NCBI RefSeq assembly: GCF_003367075.2
Contig: NZ_CP065936.1
Location: 2,550,001-2,582,000 of the forward strand
Source: Cylindrospermopsis raciborskii Cr2010
GTDB taxonomy: Bacteria; Cyanobacteriota; Cyanobacteriia; Cyanobacteriales; Nostocaceae
Direction of reading: 5' to 3'
Length of the DNA: 32,000 nt
Below the pieces are notes generated by a model. It searched no databases. It was not told the DNA's origin and worked only from the letters and a program-made list of their open reading frames with translations. Numbering within the stretch: the stretch's first letter is position 1; every line of letters begins with the position of its first letter. Of the stretch, positions 20,872 to 28,730 are shown piece after piece. The position numbers and the translations under genes are program-made.

Positions 20872-20930
20872 TAATTCGTCTTCAGGCTGGTTCGATTCCA
20901 GCAGGGCGCACTTAATTACAACAAAATTAA

Positions 20931-21599
20931 CTACACACCTGGGTCCTTTAGACCCAATTCATGGAAAGCTGCCCAACGTAACTGACAGGAGTCACAGACA
21001 CCACAGGGGTGTTCCCCACCACTATAACAAGACCAAGTTAATTCCCAGGGTACACCTAAGCGGTTACCCAACTGGATAATTTGGGTCTTAGTCAGATTGA
21101 TCAGGGGTGCGATAATATCAATAGGTTTTCCTTCCCGACCCTGTTTAGTTCCAAGACGGAACACCTCCTGCATGGCGTGGATATAATCAGGACGACAGTC
21201 AGGATAGCCAGAATAATCTAAAGCGTTAACACCTATATATACCCGTTCAGCCCTAATTGCTTCAGCATAGGCGAGACCAAAGCTCAAAAAAATGGTATTC
21301 CGAGCGGGGACATAGGTTATGGGAATAGACTCCGACATTTGGTCTAGGGGACGATTATGAGGAACAGGGATGGAATTATCAGTTAAAGCTGATCCCCCCC
21401 AAGAACGTAAATCAAAAGTGACCAGTTGATGTTCAACCACTCCTAGGGATTGGGCGATAGACATAGCTGATTGTAACTCGCGCCGATGTCGCTGGTGATA
21501 ATCAAAAGAAATAGCATAGCATTCATAACCATCTGCACGAGCCTGATATAAGACCGTAGAGGAATCCAAACCTCCGGACAAAAGAATTACAGCCTTCAT
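20931..21599 (-). CDS. queC: 7-cyano-7-deazaguanine synthase
   Basis: 222 aa with a PP-loop (LLSGGLDSS) and a C-terminal zinc cysteine cluster (CYSGGEHPCGVCDSC). Confidence 0.9.
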   Translation of the reverse strand: MKAVILLSGGLDSSTVLYQARADGYECYAISFDYHQRHRRELQSAMSIAQSLGVVEHQLVTFDLRSWGGSALTDNSIPVPHNRPLDQMSESIPITYVPARNTIFLSFGLAYAEAIRAERVYIGVNALDYSGYPDCRPDYIHAMQEVFRLGTKQGREGKPIDIIAPLINLTKTQIIQLGNRLGVPWELTWSCYSGGEHPCGVCDSCQLRWAAFHELGLKDPGV

Positions 21600-21795
21600 A
21601 ATTGATTTTTGGTAAACTTCAAGGTAAATTGGGAATTGAACATAAAAAACATAAATTTAAAAAATTTTAAAATTCTTCACAAACTGGGCTACTATGTTAC
21701 CATTTGGATGGTTTTGCACGGATAATGTTTGACAGTTTAGTATAATTGCCAACAGCCGTAGCATTTTTTAATTTGGTGGTTGAGGAGAAAAAATA

Positions 21796-22875
21796 GTGCA
21801 CAACAATAGTATATCAGTTGCGGAACCGAACCTATACTCACAACGCACCCAACCGCGTGCAATTCGCATGGGGGTGATTGGGGTGGGTAACATGGGTCAA
21901 CATCATGCCCGGTTGCTCAGTTCTATGAAAGATGTGGAGCTAGTGGGGGTTTCTGATATTAACGTGGAGAGAGGAATAGAAACTGCCAGTAGATATAAAG
22001 TTAGATTTTTTGAAGAATACTGTGATTTATTACCCCATGTAGATGCTGTTTGTATTGTGGTTCCAACGAGACTCCATTATGCCGTAGGCATTAACTGCTT
22101 GCTTGCTGGAATACACGTACTAATTGAAAAACCTATTGCCGCGAGCATTCCTGAAGCAGAATCTCTAGTAAATGCTGCCGCCCAGTCCCAATGTATTTTA
22201 CAGGTAGGACACATTGAGCGATTTAACCCAGCTTTTAGAGAACTAAGCCAGGTGTTGAAGACCGAAGAGGTTTTAGCACTAGAGTCCCATAGGATGAGCC
22301 CCTATTCAAGTCGGGCTAATGATGTATCAGTGGTACTAGACCTAATGATACATGACATAGACTTGCTGTTGGAGTTAGCTGGTTCATCAGTGGTCAAATT
22401 AACAGCTAATGGCACACGTTCCCTAGATTCAGGATATTTAGATTACGTCACTGCTACCCTAGGGTTTGCCAATGGCATTGTGGCCACTCTCACAGCTAGT
22501 AAGGTCACCCACCGAAAAATTCGCCACATCGTCGCTCATTGCAAAAATTCATTTACAGAAGCTGATTTTCTCAACAATGAAATTTTTATTCATCGACAAA
22601 ATACCAATCCCCAGAACGACCGTCAGACTCTTTATAGACAAGATGGCATCATAGAAAAAGTCTATACTAGTAACATTCAACCCTTAAGTGCCGAGTTGGA
22701 ACATTTTGTCAACTGTGTACGTGGAGGTAATCAGCCCTCCGTGGGTGGTGAACAAGCTCTAAAAGCTTTGAGACTGGCCAGCTTAATTGAGCAAATGGCC
22801 CTGGAAGAAAGAGTTTGGAATCCGTTAGAATGGCAGACTGAATCTGTGTCCCAATCCCTAACCTCTAGCGTTTAG
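21796..22875 (+). CDS. Gfo/Idh/MocA-family NAD(P)-dependent oxidoreductase
   Basis: Rossmann motif MGVIGVGNMGQHH, an EKP motif (LIEKPIA) and a C-terminal alpha/beta domain. The start is uncertain: GTG at 21796 or ATG at 21868. Confidence 0.8.
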   Translation: MHNNSISVAEPNLYSQRTQPRAIRMGVIGVGNMGQHHARLLSSMKDVELVGVSDINVERGIETASRYKVRFFEEYCDLLPHVDAVCIVVPTRLHYAVGINCLLAGIHVLIEKPIAASIPEAESLVNAAAQSQCILQVGHIERFNPAFRELSQVLKTEEVLALESHRMSPYSSRANDVSVVLDLMIHDIDLLLELAGSSVVKLTANGTRSLDSGYLDYVTATLGFANGIVATLTASKVTHRKIRHIVAHCKNSFTEADFLNNEIFIHRQNTNPQNDRQTLYRQDGIIEKVYTSNIQPLSAELEHFVNCVRGGNQPSVGGEQALKALRLASLIEQMALEERVWNPLEWQTESVSQSLTSSV

Positions 22876-22965
22876 GAATGGCCATGGACTAAACTGTGGG
22901 GAATAGGAGACATATTAACCTAATTCCCCATCAACCACCAAGAACACACTTACAAACAATTCAGT

Positions 22966-23586
22966 ATGCTCGAATGGATTACTAACACAATTAACTCTCT
23001 AGGATATATAGGCGTTGCTATGCTGATGTTCCTAGAAAATCTGTTTCCTCCCATCCCCTCGGAACTGATTATGCCATTGGCCGGATTTACAGCCAGTCCC
23101 TATCAACCAGGAGGAGCAAAACTGAATATAATTGGTGTGTTTTTTTCAGGACTAGTGGGTTCAGCACTTGGTGCTCTAATCTGGTATTATCCAGGTAGGT
23201 TGTTACAAGAACAACAGTTGAAAAAACTGGCTAAAAAATATGGTAAGTGGTTGGCTATATCTAGCGATGATATTGACAAGGCTAAAACCTGGTTTAATAG
23301 ACAGGGTAGCAAAGCAGTTCTTATAGGTCGTTTAGTACCAGGAATTCGCACCTTGATTTCCATCCCTGCTGGAATGGCCAACATGCCCATGTTACCCTTT
23401 TTGCTATATACTACCCTTGGTAGTGCACTGTGGGTTGGCTTTTTGACATATTCTGGATACCTCTTGGGAACCCAGTATAAACTTGTGGAAAAATACATAG
23501 ACCCCATATCAAAAATTGTTTTGGTTGGTATATTGGTATTATTTTTCCTTTGGGTATTTAAGCGCAAAGGTCAACATACTCGATAA
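22966..23586 (+). CDS. DedA-family (SNARE-associated) membrane protein
   Basis: 206 aa with the DedA signatures LENLFPPIPSE and GRLVPGIRTLISIPAG. Confidence 0.85.
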   Translation: MLEWITNTINSLGYIGVAMLMFLENLFPPIPSELIMPLAGFTASPYQPGGAKLNIIGVFFSGLVGSALGALIWYYPGRLLQEQQLKKLAKKYGKWLAISSDDIDKAKTWFNRQGSKAVLIGRLVPGIRTLISIPAGMANMPMLPFLLYTTLGSALWVGFLTYSGYLLGTQYKLVEKYIDPISKIVLVGILVLFFLWVFKRKGQHTR

Positions 23587-23631
23587 TTATGTGAATATGC
23601 TATAGTCGTAGCCACCTGTAAGAGGGTGGAG

Positions 23632-23664
23632 GTGAGCCAGAACCTTTCTCTGGATCTCACTTTT
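23632..23664 (+). terminator. Rho-independent terminator candidate downstream of the DedA gene
   Basis: The hairpin GTGAGCCAGA-ACCTTTC-TCTGG(AT)CTCAC is followed by TTTT. Confidence 0.55.
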
Positions 23665-23749
23665 ATCCATCAACTCATGTCCTAAACTTTCTAGCTAAAG
23701 CTATAACCTCTTAAAATCAAGACAACTAAGTTAACAAACAGGAGCCTTC

Positions 23750-24901
23750 ATGACAGAACCAACCCCCGCAGCTAATCCAATTAATTTGGCCGCTGTGCCT
23801 ATGAATAGTGGTATCAGCAAACAAACTGTATCCAGCATCGGCCTTACTCACAAGCCAACCAGTAGTTCTGGGAAAAATATCCTCAGTGTTGATTTGGGTA
23901 GAACCTCTACTAAAACCTGTGTCAGTCGCGAACCTGGAACTGTAGCTTTTATTCCCGCCAATGTTAAGCACATGTCCACTGAAGAGATACGCAGTGGTGT
24001 ATTTGAAGGTAAAACTGCCGATCCCATAATAGATTTGTGGTTGGAATATCAAGGAAGTGGTTATGCAGTCGGTCAATTGGCAGCAGACTTTGGTGCCAAT
24101 CTAGGGGTTGGCAAATCCAAGGTGGAAGATGCTCTGGTAAAAGTGTTAGCTGCTGTTGGTTACTTCAAATTACAAGGCGAAATTTCCGTGGTTTTGGGTC
24201 TACCCTTCCTCTCCTTAGAACAATTTGAAAAAGAAAAAGCACAGTTAGTTAGCTTATTGACTGGTCCGCATACTGTTAAGTTTCGGGGTGAATCCTTACT
24301 TATTAGTATCACTAAGGTCTGGGTAATGCCAGAGGGTTATGGTAGTCTCCTGTGGACAGAATCTCAACCAAATAAGAGTCCATTAGTTCCAGATTTAACT
24401 ACAATTTCCGTGGGAATTGTGGATATTGGTCATCAAACCATTGACCTAATCATGGTTGATAACTTCCGTTTTGCCCGAGGTCTTTCCCAAAGTGAAGATT
24501 TTGCCATGAGTGAGTTCTATCAGAGAGTTGCAGGTGAAATCGAGGGTGCTGATAGTCAGTCCTTAGCACTTATTTCTGCTGTGAACAAACCAAAAGGTGA
24601 ACGTTTCTATCGTCCTAAAGGTGCTACTAAGCCAACTAACCTGGATGATTTCCTCCCCAACTTGACAGAGCAGTTTTCTAGAGAAATTTGCTCTCGTGTG
24701 TTAGCTTGGTTACCAGACCGGGTGACCGATGTAATTATCACCGGTGGTGGCGGCGAGTTCTTCTGGGCGGATATCCAAAGATTGCTCAAAGAGGCTAGAA
24801 TTAATGCTTATTTAGCCGCTCCCTCTCGTGAAGCTAATGCTTTGGGACAATATCTTTATGGTGAAGCCCAATTATCTACTAGTCGGGTTGCTAACCAATA
24901 A
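23750..24901 (+). CDS. Actin-like ATPase of the ParM/Alp (StbA-like) type
   Basis: 383 aa with AGGAG 8 nt upstream of the ATG. The actin-fold nucleotide motifs appear in order: phosphate-1 VDLGRTSTK, a ParM-like VWVMPEGYGS, phosphate-2 VDIGHQTIDL, and adenosine ITGGGGEFF. A low-complexity N-terminal extension of about 45 aa precedes phosphate-1. Confidence 0.7.
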   Translation: MTEPTPAANPINLAAVPMNSGISKQTVSSIGLTHKPTSSSGKNILSVDLGRTSTKTCVSREPGTVAFIPANVKHMSTEEIRSGVFEGKTADPIIDLWLEYQGSGYAVGQLAADFGANLGVGKSKVEDALVKVLAAVGYFKLQGEISVVLGLPFLSLEQFEKEKAQLVSLLTGPHTVKFRGESLLISITKVWVMPEGYGSLLWTESQPNKSPLVPDLTTISVGIVDIGHQTIDLIMVDNFRFARGLSQSEDFAMSEFYQRVAGEIEGADSQSLALISAVNKPKGERFYRPKGATKPTNLDDFLPNLTEQFSREICSRVLAWLPDRVTDVIITGGGGEFFWADIQRLLKEARINAYLAAPSREANALGQYLYGEAQLSTSRVANQ

Positions 24902-24906
24902 AAACA

Positions 24907-25356
24907 ATGTTCCAGTGGTCAAAAAAAACAGTTAAATCTGTAACTTTTAATCCTGGGATTAGCGATGAGAGTCTACTAGCACAGGTGGAAAGTTATTTGC
25001 AGGCAAACCCTAGCAAGACTTTTAGTGACCTCTGCAAGGAAACTCTTTGGCAGTACCTATGTGGGTTGGAATCTTCTCCACCCACCCGTGGTACAATCCC
25101 CGTGTCTCCAGATCAAAAAATCAGTGAGTTACAACGTCAAGTCGCAGAGCTTGAACGGCGTTTTTTGTCCAGGGAATCTCATATTCTGCAACTTAGTCAA
25201 CAGGTAGCCCAACTGGCTAACATGGTCAATCAGGGCCAATCTGTGGTTTCATCAGTAAGCTTGGGCGTTTTTAACCCATCTGTTTCCCAACCTGTTCCAG
25301 TGGAAAAAACTGATCCTGTAATTGATAGGTTAAGCAGTTTAATAGATGATTTTTAG
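24907..25356 (+). CDS. Small ribbon-helix-helix-like / coiled-coil protein, candidate ParR-type adaptor
   Basis: 149 aa, starting 5 nt after the ParM-like stop codon. The N-terminus fits a strand-helix-helix pattern (KSVTFNPGISDESLLAQVESYLQANPSKTFSDLCKETLWQYL). It also has a central heptad coiled coil (ISELQRQVAELERRFLSRESHILQLSQQVAQLANMV) and an amphipathic acidic tail (DPVIDRLSSLIDDF). Confidence 0.4.
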   Translation: MFQWSKKTVKSVTFNPGISDESLLAQVESYLQANPSKTFSDLCKETLWQYLCGLESSPPTRGTIPVSPDQKISELQRQVAELERRFLSRESHILQLSQQVAQLANMVNQGQSVVSSVSLGVFNPSVSQPVPVEKTDPVIDRLSSLIDDF

Positions 25357-25409
25357 CTGAATTCGCCGTTAGTACTCCCTTTGTGCTTTTCGGCGATTCC
25401 CTTCTACTA

Positions 25410-25997
25410 CTATGTTGCCATTTGCCATCTTTTCCACAAATAACTAGCCAACCAATTTGTGGAAGTGTGCGCCACAATGGGTAATAGTAAGTTACCACTC
25501 CATAGGGCACCATAGGATAAAACTATGCCGATAATTGTGGCCCACACCACGTAGGGCCACTGTTTGGCACCAGTGAGGTGCAGAACTCCAAAACAAAGAC
25601 TGGAAATTATCACGGCTACATTATCTGCTCCTAAAGCGGGTAGCATTACACCACGAAATAACAATTCTTCGCTTAAACCGGGCAGCAGTCCTAACCATAT
25701 TAAGTCAGGTAAAACTAAGGGTTTAAGTACCATACGAAGGTAATAATCAGCACTTTCACGATAATCGGAAGAAATTCGATAGGCTACACTACTGAAAATG
25801 GTGATGCTCAAACCCAATCCTAAACCCCAAACTAAGTGTGTAGGTTGCCAGTACAACCTAAACAGAATAACGTCTCCAAACCCTAACCACAGTTTGGCAA
25901 CTGTCCATAGGATAATGGCTGTTATTCCCATTGCTATTAGAACTTGGGTGCGTGAAAGCTCTGGAATATCTGGTTCTTGTTTTTGTTGCTCTACCAC
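25410..25997 (-). CDS. CPBP-family intramembrane glutamic endopeptidase (CAAX protease-like)
   Basis: 195 aa polytopic protein with the motifs SEELLFRG, FGVLH and the downstream HTSTN. Confidence 0.8.
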   Translation of the reverse strand: MVEQQKQEPDIPELSRTQVLIAMGITAIILWTVAKLWLGFGDVILFRLYWQPTHLVWGLGLGLSITIFSSVAYRISSDYRESADYYLRMVLKPLVLPDLIWLGLLPGLSEELLFRGVMLPALGADNVAVIISSLCFGVLHLTGAKQWPYVVWATIIGIVLSYGALWSGNLLLPIVAHTSTNWLASYLWKRWQMAT

Positions 25998-26061
25998 GGG
26001 TATTAATGGATGTTAATTAGTTATCGCAAACGGCTGGGAAAAATAAAAAAATGGGCGATAT

Positions 26062-27090
26062 TTATTCTCTTAATAATGCTTGAGGATCTACTCCCGCTTT
26101 ATGAGCCGCCAATACACCTATTGCCTCTAAGTAAGAGGATACTTGTGTAGATTTGATTCCTAAAGATGCAGCCGGTACGGTGATCAGTGTCTCATTGCCT
26201 GTAACCGTGACTATTTGACACTGTATTTGACTTAAGCTCATGAGCAGACTACTACCACAAGCACCCGCAGGTGATATGACAGCGTCAATCTCCTCTACCC
26301 AAATATCCCCAGGTAAACTTTTGTTTTTTTCACTGGTAATAAATTGGGGTGCACGACTCAGACCCACTAAAACAGATGGCATATAAGTATAACCTATTTC
26401 TTCAGCAGCTGCAAGAGGTGATAAATCCAATTCGGGTGGGGATGTTGCTAAAGCTGGAGCATGGGCGCAAGGAATTTTAAAGGTTCGCACCAATAAATGG
26501 CTAATTACAGCTTCAGCACCTGCTATTGGGTCTACCCCCTTTCCCTGACGATATTTTTCTTCCCCTTCCATAGTATCAGGAAATCTCCCCACTACTGCTA
26601 TGGCTTCTACTTTTTCTGTGGTTACCAATTTTGCCGCCGCCCGCAACAAACTATCTGGGTTAGATATAGTTCCCCAACTTATTCCAGAGGTTGATATACC
26701 TATTTCTACCCCTAGTGAAGTATCCGTAACTATACTGTCTACAATGTTTAAACCTAGGGTTGCTCTGGCCCCATCCACCGTTTGTAAGTGCCGCAGCATC
26801 AAATCCGGCTCTATGGCTTTGTCTAAAATTACCCCTATTCTATTACTACGCACTGGGCGCAGTCCCCACTCTCCAGAGGCAAACTTATCTAAACCGTATC
26901 CCTCTACATAGTAGGAATTAGATATATTCCAGTATAGACTTGCACCATTTAGTACGTTGGGATGGGTGATCAGGCGATCGCATACCTGTGACATGACCCT
27001 AGCTAAGGGTATGGCATCACCTGCATAACCACCAATAGTAGCGCCTATACCGGTTGGTATAATAAGAATTGCGGTGTATGGGCGTTGCAT
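26062..27090 (-). CDS. DUF3326-family protein (conserved in cyanobacteria and plants)
   Basis: 342 aa. The N-terminal IIPTGIGATIGGYAGDA motif is typical of this family, as far as I recall. Confidence 0.65.
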   Translation of the reverse strand: MQRPYTAILIIPTGIGATIGGYAGDAIPLARVMSQVCDRLITHPNVLNGASLYWNISNSYYVEGYGLDKFASGEWGLRPVRSNRIGVILDKAIEPDLMLRHLQTVDGARATLGLNIVDSIVTDTSLGVEIGISTSGISWGTISNPDSLLRAAAKLVTTEKVEAIAVVGRFPDTMEGEEKYRQGKGVDPIAGAEAVISHLLVRTFKIPCAHAPALATSPPELDLSPLAAAEEIGYTYMPSVLVGLSRAPQFITSEKNKSLPGDIWVEEIDAVISPAGACGSSLLMSLSQIQCQIVTVTGNETLITVPAASLGIKSTQVSSYLEAIGVLAAHKAGVDPQALLRE

Positions 27091-27107
27091 CAGACTAAGC
27101 CTATAGG

Positions 27108-27278
27108 TTAACGGGTGACCACCGCTTCCACAGTCGCCTTTTCTCTGGTAGTATCTACAGAGGTTACGGCCCAGCGGAGGGGTTGACCTTGTTTTTTGAT
27201 TTCTGCTTCAATAGTTTGCTGTAATTCTGCGGGAGTTTCTTGCAGATCTATTTCAGCGGTAATAAAATGGGTAGTCAT
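27108..27278 (-). CDS. Small unannotated ORF (56 aa), hypothetical
   Basis: It falls below the ORF-track length cutoff. The reverse-strand translation is MTTHFITAEIDLQETPAELQQTIEAEIKKQGQPLRWAVTSVDTTREKATVEAVVTR. It exactly fills the gap between the ferredoxin and DUF3326 genes on the same strand. Confidence 0.4.
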   Translation of the reverse strand: MTTHFITAEIDLQETPAELQQTIEAEIKKQGQPLRWAVTSVDTTREKATVEAVVTR

Positions 27279-27320
27279 GTTGGTAAAGGTATTGTAATTA
27301 TTAATATTAATTATCCGTTG

Positions 27321-27641
27321 TTAGTTGGCTGTACCAAATTGCTTTTGATAGACCACATCTTCCTTTTCGGTTTCAATTTTTAGGTTTGAAAGAGGTTTAG
27401 CGACACAAAGCAAAGCATAACCTTGTGCTTGAAGTTCCATTCCCACACCCATACCATCTGATTGATCAACAGTCCCTTCTGTAATTAAAGCCGCACAAGT
27501 GGTACATACTCCTGCGTGGCAGGAAGAAGGTAGGTCTAGTCTTGCTTGTTCAGCAGCAGATAGTATAGTTTCATCGCTAGGAACTTCTAAATTATACTTT
27601 TTCCCTTGATGGTTGATTTCTACGTGGAAGGTTTGGGTCAT
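27321..27641 (-). CDS. Plant-type [2Fe-2S] ferredoxin
   Basis: 106 aa with the cluster ligand pattern CHAGVCTTC...LLC. Confidence 0.9.
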   Translation of the reverse strand: MTQTFHVEINHQGKKYNLEVPSDETILSAAEQARLDLPSSCHAGVCTTCAALITEGTVDQSDGMGVGMELQAQGYALLCVAKPLSNLKIETEKEDVVYQKQFGTAN

Positions 27642-27713
27642 AAATTACCAATGCGTAAAAATATGGTCTTTAAAAAAAATGCGAGAAAACAAGAATCCGT
27701 AAACCATTATATC

Positions 27714-28691
27714 CTATGAAGTGGGAAATTGGAAGAAGAGCATTTTTGTCCCAATTACCGGACTTCTGGCAATTACTTGATTTCGAGCATTAACAAGTTT
27801 TACATGAATCAGGTCCATTTCTTGACAGCTCTTTAATATTTTTGCTGCCAACTTTTCCTGTTGTGAAGATTCTAATTTATACCAATCCTCATTTATTTTG
27901 ATCACTATCTCACTTATACGGAAATTAGTTTTAATTGATTGAACAAGTTCCAGCTCTATTCTTTGTTTATCTTTGGTTATTATACTTATTGCGGTGATTT
28001 CTTTTAGCTGCTTTTCTATAAATACAGTTACTTCCGGTTGTGGTATTAATTCCACTGGTTCTATTTCAGATTGTGATCGGAGGATAAAATCAGTTGCTGG
28101 TTGACTTAATTCAGGTTTAGACTTGCCCTCAACAATAGAATCAGCTGTTGGTTCACCTAATTGAGGTTCAGATTTGTCCTCAACAGTAGAATCAGATGTT
28201 GATTCGTCTAATTGAAGTTCAGACTTATCCTCGACAATAGAATCAGCTATTGATTCACCTAATTGGGGTTGAGATTTGTCCTCAACAATAGAATCAGCTA
28301 TTGATTCACCTAATTGGGGAACTGGTTGAGAATGGATTTGGGAAATCAAAGAAATTGCTGTAACACCAATTGCCAATAGTGCAGGAAAGACAAAAATCAG
28401 GGTTAAGAAACTATCGGATACATTATTAGCCACCTTAGAAGGTAAAAACAGACGAAAACCCCGTAAAAACCCATCCCATTTGCGAACAACCCATAGTAGG
28501 AGACCTCCTTTTTCTGAAGTCGTAGAAGAAGAAGTCTCCAACCTAGTTACCATTCTCTCGAGAATTCCTATTGTCCCACGCAGCACCTGAATAATTAAAA
28601 TTTTCCAAAATAGCGGTTTCTTATGGTATCCTCCTAAGGGGGGTGTGTCTGGCAATTGTGGTTTAGACCTAGGCTTTTTATCTTGGGACAT
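27714..28691 (-). CDS. Hypothetical membrane protein with an internal 17-residue tandem repeat
   Basis: I prefer the ATG at 28691 (MSQDKKPRSK) over the GTG at 28709. The protein has hydrophobic segments, then about 4.5 copies of (E/Q)PQLGESIADSIVEDKS, then a non-repetitive C-terminal domain. Confidence 0.6.
   Translation of the reverse strand: MSQDKKPRSKPQLPDTPPLGGYHKKPLFWKILIIQVLRGTIGILERMVTRLETSSSTTSEKGGLLLWVVRKWDGFLRGFRLFLPSKVANNVSDSFLTLIFVFPALLAIGVTAISLISQIHSQPVPQLGESIADSIVEDKSQPQLGESIADSIVEDKSELQLDESTSDSTVEDKSEPQLGEPTADSIVEGKSKPELSQPATDFILRSQSEIEPVELIPQPEVTVFIEKQLKEITAISIITKDKQRIELELVQSIKTNFRISEIVIKINEDWYKLESSQQEKLAAKILKSCQEMDLIHVKLVNARNQVIARSPVIGTKMLFFQFPTS
28090..28320. repeat. 51 bp tandem repeat, about 4.5 copies, in-frame inside the CDS 27714..28691
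   Basis: Units start at 28090, 28141, 28192, 28243 and 28294 (the last is partial). The consensus is TCAGCTATTGATTCACCTAATTGGGGTTGAGATTTGTCCTCAACAATAGAA. The two units at 28243 and 28294 are identical over the partial unit's first roughly 26 nt, and the outer units diverge. Confidence 0.9.
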
Positions 28692-28730
28692 AATTAAATG
28701 TGTGAACACTAACTAACATATACCGATATT

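Larger units (their letters stand above)
18555..20910 (+). tRNA. Split tRNA gene, anticodon CAU (elongator Met or Ile2/lysidine type), interrupted by a group II intron between anticodon positions 35 and 36
   Basis: Exon 1 (18555..18588) is GCGCCTTTGGCCGATTGGGGAGGCAACGAACTCA. Exon 2 (20872..20910) is TAATTCGTCTTCAGGCTGGTTCGATTCCAGCAGGGCGCA. Joined, they give a 73 nt cloverleaf with these elements:
- a 7/7 acceptor stem (one G:U)
- a D arm GCC(G)...(A)GGC with GG in the loop
- a 5/5 anticodon stem ACGAA/TTCGT and the loop CTCATAA
- a T arm GCTGG-TTCGATT-CCAGC
- discriminator A

Two features are atypical: a short 7 nt D loop and a 6 nt variable loop. Confidence 0.8.

Noticed and set aside
18555-20910. 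An alternative exon junction one nucleotide later, giving anticodon CAG (tRNA-Leu).
   Set aside because: It would make the intron start with UGCGA instead of the near-universal GUGCG. It would also shift the 3' end away from the branch-A spacing. In addition, tRNA-Leu requires a long variable arm, which is absent here.
23726-24076. A 116 aa ORF antisense to the ParM-like gene. Similar antisense or alternate-frame ORFs occur at 23187..23567, 26600..26911, 29268..29624, 3969..4250, 8719..8919, 19247..19504 and elsewhere.
   Set aside because: All are fully embedded in longer ORFs that have recognisable protein-family motifs on the other strand or frame. Their translations are low-complexity or Cys/Ser/Leu-rich, typical of shadow ORFs.
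28090-28320. Whether this regularly spaced repeat array is a CRISPR.
   Set aside because: The units are directly adjacent with no spacers. They are 51 bp long, a multiple of 3, and keep an open reading frame that encodes a peptide repeat. This is a coding tandem repeat, not a CRISPR.
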